A DNA stretch of 64,000 nucleotides. Source: Pseudomonadales bacterium. GTDB taxonomy: Bacteria; Pseudomonadota; Gammaproteobacteria; Pseudomonadales; GM7GCV1. Made by a program: the position numbers and the translations under genes. Under the pieces are notes generated by a model. That model saw only the letters and a program-made list of their open reading frames with translations, did not search any database and was not told the origin of the DNA. The DNA is taken from NCBI GenBank assembly GCA_965221105.1, contig OZ244871.1:831673-895672 (forward strand), given 5' to 3'. Numbering within the stretch: the first letter of the stretch is position 1; the number at the start of each line of letters is the position of its first letter. This document shows, in pieces, positions 1 through 11,667 of this stretch.

Positions 1-264
1 GGTATACTTGGTGGCAACGACCCAGTAGTCACGATCACTGGCTATGAATTCTCCAACCAGTTTTTCGCTCGAGCCGTTCGTGTAGACGTTGGCGCTATCA
101 ATAAAATTACCGCCAAGCTCAGCATAGGCATCAAACTGGCGCTTGCTCTCTTCCTTGTCTGCACCCCAGCCCCAGTCATCACCAAAGGTCATGGCTCCCA
201 GTGAGAGAGGTGATACGCGCAACCCGCTTTTTCCCAATAAAACGTAGTGATCTATCGCTGACAT
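1..264 (-). CDS. aldo/keto reductase, N-terminal part (gene continues past window start)
   Basis: Manual minus-strand translation from ATG at 264-262 gives MSAIDHYVLLGKSGLRVSPLSLGAMTFGDDWGWGADKEESKRQFDAYAELGGNFIDSANVYTNGSSEKLVGEF. This is a typical AKR N-terminus. Confidence 0.75.
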   Translation of the reverse strand, partial: MSAIDHYVLLGKSGLRVSPLSLGAMTFGDDWGWGADKEESKRQFDAYAELGGNFIDSANVYTNGSSEKLVGEFIASDRDYWVVATKYT

Positions 265-730
265 TCCTTCAATCCTTCAGTACATATGAATGTAATTTCT
301 GACTTGATCGGACTCATAACCAGGTCATGTTATTTTGGATGAACAGGCCACCGCCGGAGACAGCCTTGCGGTTTCAGGGCAGACGTGACATCCCAAATAT
401 CGTATGAACCTGCACAGCCCGTGCTTTTCCACAGGTCCTCGATACATCTGTTTATCGAAAATTACCAAAAGGAGCCCGAACTTCAAACCCTCAGCCTCTT
501 TTCCGAAAAACGCGGGAAGAATAAACATCCTGCTGCACAGAATCAACGGCCGCGCAGTTCAGGCGGTCTGATTTCGTGTGATTCGACTGGCGGGCAGGCA
601 ACCAACCCAGGCAGCGACCGCCAGCCCTGCCAGCGATGAACGCTGTTTCCCCGCCTGTGGTGGAAATTCCTGATGAACTTCAGGAAGTATTTTTGCCTTC
701 ACACCAGCCATGGTCTAGCATCGCCGGCCC

Positions 731-1924
731 ATGACCAGGCGCTCCCTCCAACCTGACTCCCGTACGCTGCTGGTCCTGCTGGCAGCGCTAATGGCACTCG
801 GACCCCTGAGCGTCGATATGTATTTACCAGCCATGCCCTTCATGATGGAGGACTTTGGCACGAGCGTGGGTGCCATACATCTCACCATGAGCACCTATCT
901 GGTCGGTTTCGCGGTGTGTCACCTTATCTGCGGCCCGCTGGCTGATCGCCTGGGCCGCAAATCGGTGCTGCTGGGGGGCACGCTGATCTTTGTCACCGCC
1001 TGTGTCGCGTGCAGCCGGTCCGAGTCGGTGACCGAGATGCTGGTGTTTCGCTTCTTTCAGGGAGTCGGCGCCTGCGTGGGACCCACCTTGGCGCGCACTG
1101 TAGCCAGAGACGTGTTTGGCCCCACCGGCGCGGCCAGGGCGCTGTCACTGATCGCCATGATCATGGCCCTGGGACCGGCAATTGCTCCAGCGCTGGTCGG
1201 GGTCATGCTTGCCTTTCTGCCTTGGCGCGGCATTTTCTACTCTCTCGCTACATACGGGGTGCTGATGCTGCTCTGTGTCCATTTTCTTCTGGCCGAATCA
1301 CTGCCAGCACATCAGAGCCTGCATCCTCTGGCAATCGCCCGCAATTTCGGCCGCCTGTTGTCGGACCCTCATTTTCTGGTCCCCGCGGGTGCCAGTGCCA
1401 TGATGTCCTGCGGAATGATGACCTATCTGTCCTGTTCCAGCTTTGTGTATATCAGCATGCTGGGGCTGCCGGTGCAGCTGTACGGGCTGATCTTCTTCAC
1501 CAGCGTGGCGGGCTATATCCTCGGCTCGTACCTGAGCGCCAGGATAAGTCTGCACCAGGATTCCGCACGGATTATTCTGCTGGGGGGAGTGCTTGGCTTC
1601 GCCTCGACCCTGGCGATGTTACTCGGCCATCTCAGTTGGCCGGAGAGCATCGCCGCCCTGGTCCTCCCCGCGGCAGTATTTTTTGCCGCACTGGGCCTTG
1701 TCATTCCCCACTCTATGGCGGTAGCCCTGCAGTACTACCCACTGATGGCCGGCACCACATCCGCCCTGCTGGGGTTTATCCAGATGTCCCTGTCCGCGGC
1801 TGCGACTGCAGTGGCGGGGCAGATGCTCACTGACACACCCTTACCCATGGTGTGGATGATGCTTGTGCTTACCGGTCTCGGGATGGTGCTGTGCGCGACA
1901 GTTCGTCGCCTACCGGTACAATAA
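731..1924 (+). CDS. MFS transporter, Bcr/CflA-type drug efflux family
   Basis: 397-aa ORF with about 12 hydrophobic segments. N-terminal LGPLSVDMYLPAMP and GPLADRLGRK motifs are typical of Bcr/CflA MFS. Confidence 0.85.
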   Translation: MTRRSLQPDSRTLLVLLAALMALGPLSVDMYLPAMPFMMEDFGTSVGAIHLTMSTYLVGFAVCHLICGPLADRLGRKSVLLGGTLIFVTACVACSRSESVTEMLVFRFFQGVGACVGPTLARTVARDVFGPTGAARALSLIAMIMALGPAIAPALVGVMLAFLPWRGIFYSLATYGVLMLLCVHFLLAESLPAHQSLHPLAIARNFGRLLSDPHFLVPAGASAMMSCGMMTYLSCSSFVYISMLGLPVQLYGLIFFTSVAGYILGSYLSARISLHQDSARIILLGGVLGFASTLAMLLGHLSWPESIAALVLPAAVFFAALGLVIPHSMAVALQYYPLMAGTTSALLGFIQMSLSAAATAVAGQMLTDTPLPMVWMMLVLTGLGMVLCATVRRLPVQ

Positions 1925-2036
1925 GTTTCCTGTTTGCTCACAATAGATTTCAAACCATGAGGAGGGCTTCAGAAACGAATTCTGCGTTGCACAGTATGGA
2001 TTGGGTGGAGGATTGCCAGGCATCCCCGCAGCTTTA

Positions 2037-3056
2037 TCACTGCCCAATTGCCTCAACGAGCTGCACGGCTCGAATGCGAGACTCCACTAACCTGATTGCC
2101 CTTGCTTTCTGCTCATGTGGCATATAGCCGCGTTTAATCAGGTCAATGATCTTCTTCTGATCGCTCTCGAGTCTGGCGATGAACGTTCGAACTGGTTTTT
2201 CCCGTAATCCAAGCCGCCGCCCCAGTTCAAGGAAATCGGAGCCGGTATAGTAGCCATAATGGTTGTAGATATCGGAAAAGTACTCACTGTCGTGCTGCCG
2301 GTCATGTAACAGCCCCAGTGCCAACAGCCCCGGACCGGAATCGTTCTCTCCGAACGCATCGCACAAAAGGCAATCGTAATTCGGAGTGAGCCTGTCATAG
2401 AAGAGAGTGTTGTTGTCTGCACGTCTCTGTACGCTGAAATTCTTCAGGTGCAGATCGTCATTACCTGTAATATAGGCGAGAATCACTCGTCGAACGAAGT
2501 CCAGCACAACGGCCTGCTTGCCGTTCGTGACTTCATTAACACGCTGACCGGCTTCCTCGTAGGTCTTCCCGTACTTATTATCACCCGGCAGGTTGAAGCA
2601 TTGCATCAGATCCTCCTGATGCAGTTTACTGCCGTCATCCTGCCGGTCGAATCGTTTGGTAATGTATGCCAGCTCTCCGCCTTCAAAGCTCACCAACCCA
2701 CATTGGGCGGTTTCAATTCCCAACAGTCGGCTGACCTCCATGGCGGTATGTTCATTTTCAGCCGCATGCGGATAGGCTTCCGGGCTGGGTTTGAGTATGT
2801 ACTCTCCCCCCTTTGCAGTGGCCACCAATTCATGTTTTTCATTTTCTCTCAGGGAAAGCTTCTCCTGCGCTCCCGAAATTGACATGCCCTGTATATGCTG
2901 CCGGCTACTTTGGAAAAACCCGGCGCGTGAGAACGGCAAGCACGGGTTCACCCTGGTGCTGCCAAAGAGTGCCTTGAGCGCAGTATCCTGGTACCCGGGC
3001 CTGCTGCGTTTTCCGGTCAGTTTTTTTAAACTGATTTTGCAGTATTCAGTACTCAC
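2037..3056 (-). CDS. hipT: HipT-like Ser/Thr kinase toxin (HipA C-terminal kinase core without N-subdomain)
   Basis: 339 aa with a GTG start. Gly-rich loop MSISGAQEKLSL carries an S59-I-S61 motif, and GNDDLHLKNFS is the catalytic-loop motif of HipA-family kinases. It is the third gene of a hipB-hipS-hipT arrangement. Confidence 0.8.
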   Translation of the reverse strand: MSTEYCKISLKKLTGKRSRPGYQDTALKALFGSTRVNPCLPFSRAGFFQSSRQHIQGMSISGAQEKLSLRENEKHELVATAKGGEYILKPSPEAYPHAAENEHTAMEVSRLLGIETAQCGLVSFEGGELAYITKRFDRQDDGSKLHQEDLMQCFNLPGDNKYGKTYEEAGQRVNEVTNGKQAVVLDFVRRVILAYITGNDDLHLKNFSVQRRADNNTLFYDRLTPNYDCLLCDAFGENDSGPGLLALGLLHDRQHDSEYFSDIYNHYGYYTGSDFLELGRRLGLREKPVRTFIARLESDQKKIIDLIKRGYMPHEQKARAIRLVESRIRAVQLVEAIGQ

Positions 3057-3060
3057 AACT

Positions 3061-3086
3061 ACTCATCAACTCATCAACTCATCAAC
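3061..3086. repeat. 8-bp tandem repeat (ACTCATCA x3.25) spanning hipS stop / hipT start
   Basis: Read directly: actcatca actcatca actcatca ac. On the coding strand (TTGATGAG)n encodes the HipS C-terminus ..DELMS* and lies immediately upstream of the hipT GTG at 3056. Confidence 0.9.
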
Positions 3087-3404
3087 AGGGACAACAGTTA
3101 CTGCACCCACCAGGTCACGTCCGTTCATCAGCAGCAAGCCAAAGCGGTCACTCTCGTCGATCTTTTGCTGCTGCGACTGCAATTTTCGCAACCAGCCTTC
3201 CGCTACTAGGTTCTCAAAGAACCCGGGCAGGCGCTCGTACCTGAAGGGTGCTTCCTGCAGCGGAAATGTGAAAGCAATTGGCGTCCCGCCAGCCAGGTAC
3301 TCGCTGGCATAGGTGAACTCAAAACCCTCGCGGGTTTCAGCGAGTTTGCCGGCAAGTCTCTCGTTGTAGAAAACCTGTGCTACGCGCTCTGTTCCTTCCG
3401 GCAT
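3066..3404 (-). CDS. hipS: HipS-like protein (stand-alone HipA N-terminal subdomain)
   Basis: 112 aa. VFYNERLAGKL..FEFTYASEYL matches the HipA N-terminal (couple_hipA) region. It sits between an XRE gene and the kinase. Confidence 0.75.
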   Translation of the reverse strand: MPEGTERVAQVFYNERLAGKLAETREGFEFTYASEYLAGGTPIAFTFPLQEAPFRYERLPGFFENLVAEGWLRKLQSQQQKIDESDRFGLLLMNGRDLVGAVTVVPVDELMS

Positions 3405-3408
3405 CGGA

Positions 3409-3741
3409 TCATCCTATCCATAACTTCATACCCAGTGCGCGAGCCACATTCACCAGGCTGTCCAGTCGAGCACCTGGATGCCCCCGCTCAACTTTGTTCA
3501 ACGTGGCATAGGCAACACCTGAGAGGTCGCACAGATCATTCAGGGTGAGCCCCTGCTTTTTGCGTTCAGCACGTATCCGCTGTCCTGCTTCTTCAATGGG
3601 TGAAAACGCCGCCGTTTGTGTCGCCATGGCGGCTTCCTTTTGTGCTCTGGTTACGCGTTGACGCAATTCATCCAGCAGTGCGCCGGTATCAACCCTGCCC
3701 AGGGAGGTCGTGGCTATACCGGACTCTTGATTGTTCATCAT
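3409..3741 (-). CDS. hipB: HipB-like XRE-family HTH protein
   Basis: 110 aa. C-terminal HTH LTLNDLCDLSGVAYATLNKVERG. First gene of the three-gene operon. Confidence 0.8.
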   Translation of the reverse strand: MMNNQESGIATTSLGRVDTGALLDELRQRVTRAQKEAAMATQTAAFSPIEEAGQRIRAERKKQGLTLNDLCDLSGVAYATLNKVERGHPGARLDSLVNVARALGMKLWIG

Positions 3742-3745
3742 GGTA

Positions 3746-3769
3746 TATTCTTATCTATGAATAAGAATA
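3746..3769. promoter_or_regulatory. perfect 9-bp inverted repeat (TATTCTTAT-N6-ATAAGAATA) just upstream of hipB; putative HipB operator
   Basis: The palindrome is seen 5 nt upstream of the hipB ATG, in a strongly AT-rich leader. Confidence 0.5.
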
Positions 3770-3852
3770 TTTTATATTCAGTACAGTATATTTCAAGCAG
3801 ATAAAATATATTATTATGAATATATAAATTAATATTTTAAGTAATTATATTC

Positions 3853-4664
3853 GTAACTACTCGCCCCCTCCTCCTTCTTGATCATGTCGGCGGCGATGCC
3901 GTTGAGGGCGATGTGGATGGCAGTCAACGGATTGTAGCCTTGGTGGGCCATGGACTGGAGCGAGCTGGAGATTCGGCAGTGGGCCTGGGCGTGACGGAGG
4001 GTTCGGAAGCAGCCGGAGACCTTCTGCTTGACCTTGGCCATGCGGATATCGCGCTCGGCGCGGGTGTTGGTGAACGGGGTATTGCGGGCGAAGCGCAGCA
4101 CCTCGGTGTCGTACTGGGTCAGCGCCTCGTGGAGGTTCTCGGCATCGGACTTGGCGATGCGCCCGCGCTGTCCGTCGAGACGGGCGGGGGGCTTGTTCCC
4201 CTGTGGCCTGGGTGAGGATGGTCCGGGAGCGCGCGCACGGCCGTGAAGGCTGCCTCGTCGAGGGCCTTGGCGTCGAGTTCGCTGACCCTGCGGCAGGTTC
4301 CGCTCAGGAGGTGGCCCAAGCGCTTGGCCCAGGCGTGGCCGCGGGCGTCCTCGACGAACCTGAGGTCGTGCAGCAGGTGGGCACCGCACAGGGCGTGCTC
4401 ACAGTGATCTCAGGCGAAGGAGCTGGCCCAGCGGTCGTGGACCAGGGCGCCACCAGAGCGGGGGATGACAGTGAGGTCGTCGATGGCGGCGCGACCGCGC
4501 CTTCGGTGGACGAACGTCACCCTCAGGTCCCCGGCACCGATGCTATGCAGCCAGTGGTTCGTGCCATCGACGCGCCTGATCAGGGCCTTGAGGGTCTGCG
4601 CGGCCATGAAACGCACACACCATAGAACCTCTTTCCTATAGCGTCAAGGGGGGTGAGCAGTTAC
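3853..4664 (-). mobile_element. IS66-family element, internally deleted (about 0.8 kb), transposase in broken frames
   Basis: Ends are GTAACTACTCGCCCCC (3853) and the reverse complement GTAACTGCTCACCCCCC (4664). ORF fragments carry IS66 transposase motifs: DGTNHWLHS..LVHDRW and FTNTRAERDIRMAKVKQKVSGCFRT..AHCRISS. Confidence 0.8.
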
Positions 4665-4696
4665 CAAGGTACATAATGTCAGAGAAAGGCTGCATG

Positions 4697-4724
4697 AAAA
4701 AAGGCCCGCCCAAATGGGCGAGCC
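4697..4724 (-). terminator. Rho-independent terminator after 5S rRNA
   Basis: Minus strand reads GGCTCGCCC-ATTT-GGGCGGGCC followed by TTTTTT, about 10 nt downstream of the 5S gene. Confidence 0.7.
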
Positions 4725-4733
4725 TTTCGAATG

Positions 4734-4853
4734 AAGCCTGACGATGACCTACTCTCGCATAGCGAAGCGCTACACTACCATCGGCGATACGCCGTTTCAC
4801 TTCTGAGTTCGGAATGGGATCAGGTGGTTCCAACGCTCTATGTTCGTCAGACA
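4734..4853 (-). rRNA. rrf: 5S ribosomal RNA
   Basis: Minus strand reads TGTCTGACGAACATAGAGCGTTGGAACCACCTGATCCCATTCCGAACTCAGAAGTGAAACG..GAGAGTAGGTCATCGTCAGGC, the canonical bacterial 5S. Ends are approximate (+/-3). Confidence 0.9.
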
Positions 4854-4995
4854 AACCGGTCGGCAGCCTGTCTGCAACAGACTCCCGGAAGTCTTAAAAA
4901 CGTGAATAACTGTACGTATCACATCAGTGTCTCACACACCCACATCAATCGCTTGTGTTTTCCAGCACATGGAACAGCACAATCGCACATTATAT

Positions 4996-7864
<2,869 letters not shown>

Positions 7865-8054
7865 ATATAATGTCAACGACTGTGCTTTTTGAGCTGGAAG
7901 GCGGCTCACTTTTCCCGGAGAGAATCCGCTGCCCTTGCGGGGGCCAGACACTCTCACACAAAACAAACCACCTACTTTTTCTACTCAGTAACGATTGATA
8001 TAAAAACAGATGTCTATAGAGACACGTGCCTTGATACAGTTACAGTTATCCACA

Positions 8055-8067
8055 TTTTTAAAGAACA
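8055..8067 (-). promoter_or_regulatory. boxA-like antitermination element in the tRNA-Ala/23S spacer
   Basis: Minus strand TGTTCTTTAAAAA, compared with the boxA consensus TGCTCTTTAACAA. Confidence 0.55.
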
Positions 8068-8158
8068 TTTGGCTCACAGGCCAAAAAACAACACCCTCAA
8101 AAAGGCCCTGTTTTTTGAACTTGAACCCAGGTCAATCTCAACCTCTGCCAGCATGGGT

Positions 8159-8234
8159 TGGTGGAGCTATGCGGGATCGAACCGCAGACCTCCTGCGTGC
8201 AAAGCAGGCGCTCTCCCAGCTGAGCTATAGCCCC
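8159..8234 (-). tRNA. tRNA-Ala (anticodon TGC)
   Basis: Minus strand GGGGCTATAGCTCAGCTGGGAGAGCGCCTGCTTTGCACGCAGGAGGTCTGCGGTTCGATCCCGCATAGCTCCACCA. Cloverleaf and anticodon were read by eye. Confidence 0.95.
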
Positions 8235-8399
8235 ATTGCCACGCCAACAGAAGCCAACAGAGAGTCTTGCTACCCGGCATCGGGGGCGGCCATTGTACGC
8301 AAATCGCGACCTGAAGCAACATCTTTTTTGCCTGCTCTACAGACGATTAAAACATCATATTGTGACCAGACACATGTCTCGATACTACCGGCTGAGTCA

Positions 8400-8769
8400 T
8401 AATGTAGTGCTCAGGCCGAAAACAGCGGCGGAAATCGTTCGCGAGGCGGTGCTCGAACTCACCTACACAGCGCATGACATGGCACCCTTCGCCCGCGACA
8501 TCGGCTACGTAGACGAAGCTGGCAAAGTGCAACCACCGTTCCCCTGGGACGAAGACCGACGAATTCGCCTCCGCGCGAAACTCGATGCGCTGTATTTCCA
8601 CCTCTACGGCATCACCGAGCGCGACGACATTCGCTACATTTACTCAACCTTTCCCATCGTTGAAAGACAGGAACGCGAGGCCTGGGGTTGCTATCGCTCC
8701 CTCGACCTGTGCCTCGCCTGGTTCAGCGCACTCTCCGCAGGCCGACCAGACGAAACGATCTCTCTTTAA
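8400..8769 (+). pseudogene. C-terminal fragment of a large N6-adenine DNA methyltransferase / type IIG-like R-M enzyme
   Basis: The tail of ORF 8236..8769 reads ..IRLRAKLDALYFHLYGITERDDIRYIYSTFPIVERQEREAWGCYRSLDLCLAWFSAL. I recognise this as the conserved C-terminal tail (LDA.YFHLYG...D..YI..TFPIV.R.E...G.YR) of large methylase/restriction fusion proteins. No N-terminal catalytic part is present. The start coordinate is approximate. Confidence 0.5.
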
Positions 8770-8886
8770 AAAAAGCTTGCTGAGTCAATTATGATCTTTG
8801 CAGGAGTACTTTTGGCGCACTCATAACGAGAGGTGTCTGATCTATAGGTATGTACGGACGCTACAGGATATCATCAGATGATGCGA

Positions 8887-8963
<77 letters not shown>

Positions 8964-9156
8964 ATTACGAGCCCACCTTCGCCATCCCCAACCAAGCGCT
9001 ACGAACCCAGCCTGCTCTGAATACGGATCAGGGGATCGTCTGCTTCAACCCTGCTCCATCGAGCCCGGACACTGTTTCCGGTTTCAAGAATCTGGTACTT
9101 GTAACGAGTGGCACAAGCTGCCCGGAGTCCGGAGGCTGGCCCGAACCGGGGCGCGC

Positions 9157-9184
9157 ATTGTACACCCCGGCCTAACCGAGTCAA
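9157..9184 (-). promoter_or_regulatory. putative sigma70 rRNA-type promoter upstream of tRNA-Ile
   Basis: Minus strand TTGACT-N16-TACAAT followed by the GC-rich discriminator GCGCGCCCC, about 190 nt upstream of tRNA-Ile. The architecture matches the 16S promoter at 23256..23283. Confidence 0.5.
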
Positions 9185-9344
9185 GCACAAGGAATGATCC
9201 ACCGTACGGATCCACGCCACCGATCGTGGACAGTCCTGCTGTCAATTCGGGGCCATTCTAGGGAATGGATTGGGGAGACCGGCCCCGTTGATAACAACAT
9301 CCGGAACAGCGAGCGTGATCGCGGACACACTGTCGAAATCACGG

Positions 9345-9461
9345 GAAACAGGCGAGAACCCATTCATGGGCAGAGTCCGAGCCAGTGCATCCCGCTCTTT
9401 GAGCACTTGCACAGACTGGGGCCACCGGGGTTCGTCTCCGGCCGTCAAGCGGAGTCTACGG
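9345..9461 (+). repeat. 117-nt conserved, hairpin-rich IS leader segment (copy 1)
   Basis: About 90% identical to 13385..13504. Contains hairpins CCCA-TTCA-TGGG, GCTC-TTT-GAGC nested in CCAGTGCA/TGCA..CTGG, and CCGGGG-TTCGT-CTCCGG. Confidence 0.8.
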
Positions 9462-9500
9462 CGTTATACGCGCCTGTCATGCTCCCTCGAACAGCTTGGC

Positions 9501-11667
9501 CTGGTGACACTCGAACCGGTGGGCGACCGGGCTGACCGCCATCGCTGGGAGGCGATGATTGACACCCATCATGAATTGGGATGGAATCGGTCACCCGGCG
9601 GCCAGATGCGCTACTGGGTCCGCTCGGCGCGCCAGGGGGTGCTCGGTGGCATCGGCTTTGGGTCAGCGACCTTTCAACTGAAGGCGCGGGATGACTGGAT
9701 TGGCTGGTCGAACGATGCCCGCGCTGAGAACATCACCCGGGTGCTGTGCACCCATCGCTTCCTGGTGCTCCCTGGGGTGCGTGTCCCGGGTCTGGCCTCG
9801 CAGGTTCTGAGGCTGGCCACGGCGCGGGTGGCCGATGACTGGGACGCGCGGTATGCAGTGCGACCGGTGGCTGTGTATACGCATGTCGCCGCACATCACA
9901 GCGGATACTGTTATCAGTGTGCGGGCTGGACGGTGGCGGGACGTACCAGCGGACGCAGAGCAGGGTCCGGGACACCGGGAACCGTGCGGGTGCTGCCGCT
10001 GGAGGCAGACTGGCAGGAGATCCTGTGTCAGCGGCGCCATCGCCCGATCGGGTCGCAGGTCGGTCTCTACGATGGTGCTGAGGTGGACTGGGCGCAGCGG
10101 CAGTATGGCCGCTGCCGCCACCCTGACGGGCGAGTGCGGCGGCGGATCGTCGAGATGGGCCGGCACTGGATGCGGACTCTGGGGGAGGATCTGACGATGA
10201 TCTTCCCGACCAGGGCGGCACAGAAGGCGGCGTACCGCCTGGTCTCGAATCGAGGGGTGACCATGGAGCATATTCTGGACGCACACTATGAAGCGACGGC
10301 TGATCGCTGCCGCCACCCTGACGGCCGAGGTGGCGCTCATGCTTCAGGACACGACAGTGTTGAACGACAGTACCCTGAAGGCCACCGAGGGACTGGTTCC
10401 GAGTGGGGGTGGCGGCACGGGCAGCCGGGGTCTTCTGGCCCATGCCGGTCTGGCGGTGACACCGCAGGGTCTGCCGCTGGGGCTGTTCAGCATGGAGACC
10501 CGGTTCCGTGATGAGCCGGACAGCGCGGGGACGACCGGGACGAGACAGGCACACACGACAGAGCGTCACCGCTGGATCGCCGGCCTTAGACGGGCACGGG
10601 AAGTGGCCGCCGTCTGCCCGGACACCCGGGTGGTGACGGTCTGTGACCGCGAAGGTGACTTCTGGGCGCTGCTGGCGGAGGCGGACCGTCAGGGCGATGC
10701 GCTGCTGGTGCGCGCCAGCCGTTCGGCCCGGCGGCAGGTACTGACCGCCACTGGAGACAGGGCCTGTCTCTGGGCGCAGGTGGCTGCCACCCCGGCGGTG
10801 GCGATCACGGAACTGACCATCCCCGCCGCTGGCGGCACGCGCGCCCGCAGGGACCGCACTGCCCGCCTGGAGATCCGTGCAACGCCGGTGCAGCTGGCAC
10901 CGCCGGACGAGTCCGCAGGCAGTGATCCGCTGCCCCTGTATGCCGTCTCGGCCACCGAGACGGACGCCCCGGAGGGCACTGACCCGCTGCACTGGCTGCT
11001 GGTGACGACCGAGCATCCGACCCAGGATGAACCGGTCGCCATGCACGCCGCCACCCTGCTGGACTGGTACCAGTGCCGGTGGGCGATCGAGACCTGGTTC
11101 CACACCCTGAAAACCGGTCCCCGGATCGGGGATCGCCGGCTGAACCATGGCGATGACCTGCGCACCTGTCTGGCCTGTGATGCGGTAACCGCCGTGCAGG
11201 TCGCCAACCTGACCATGATGGCGCGGGAGCATCCAGAGACCCCCGCCACTGAGGTGCTCCCTGCTGAGGACATCGACCTGCTCCATACCCTGCTGAGATC
11301 ACAGGGTCATCCGATGGTCGAGGCGCGATCCGCCAGCACCACCATTCGGGCGGTGGTCATCGACATCGGGCGCCTGGTTGGTGCCCATCCCTCTGCGCGT
11401 CAGCCACTGCCAGGCACCAAGAAGGTCTGGCAGGGGCTGGAACGGCTCAACTGGGCGGTGCAGGTACGGGATGCTCTTGGCGAGAAACAGCAGAAAGAGC
11501 GCCTGCGGCCTGGTACATCCGAACACCCAGTGACCGGTCACCGGACAGATGACTGGACGACCTGCTCTGGGGTGCTGACGACACCCCGCCCAGCGGGGTG
11601 GCTCTGGATACCAGCCTCACCCCACAGGAACCAGTCCACTCCTGAATCGCGCCCTGAACCGGGCTGA
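9501..11667 (+). pseudogene. DUF4338 (DruA-like domain) fused to Tn5-like DDE transposase, split by a frameshift near 10300
   Basis: Frame 0 (ORF 9270..10511) contains W.AMIDTHHELGW..QMRYWV..RDDWIGWS..THRFLVLPGVRVPGLAS..YCYQCAGW (DUF4338-like), then DWAQRQYGRCRHPDGRVRRRIVEM..AAYRLVSN..ILDAHYEAT (Tn5 N-terminal DNA-binding region). Frame +1 (ORF 10288..11667) continues ..VALMLQDTTVLN..VCDREGDFW..DWYQCRWAIETWFHTLKTG (DDE core). The start codon is uncertain. Confidence 0.7.

Noticed and set aside
325-711. ORFs 325..546 (-) and 385..639 (+), and a 50-codon ORF at complement 559..711 with one hydrophobic segment
   Set aside because: The two listed ORFs overlap each other and have implausible composition. 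The 50-codon ORF (MAGVKAKILPEVHQEF..LAGLAVAAWVGCL..) is possible but lacks a recognisable RBS or family, so the support is too weak to annotate.
3021-3027. A7/T7 run in codons 10-12 of hipT as a possible second slippage site
   Set aside because: Seven-nt A/T runs are common, and here the run simply encodes Lys-Lys. There is no supporting evidence of frame switching.
9425-9445. T-arm-like hairpin CCGGGG-TTCGT-CTCCGG in the repeated IS leader, which might be a tRNA fragment or att site
   Set aside because: The loop has 5 nt rather than 7, and there are no acceptor, D or anticodon arms. The whole 117-nt repeat begins with the IS end sequence, so it is better explained as IS-internal.
9663-11302. 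Several long minus-strand ORFs (517, 225, 194 and 165 aa) across the IS4 element
   Set aside because: They are antisense shadows of the very GC-rich transposase gene. They are Arg/Pro/Gly-rich and carry no motifs.
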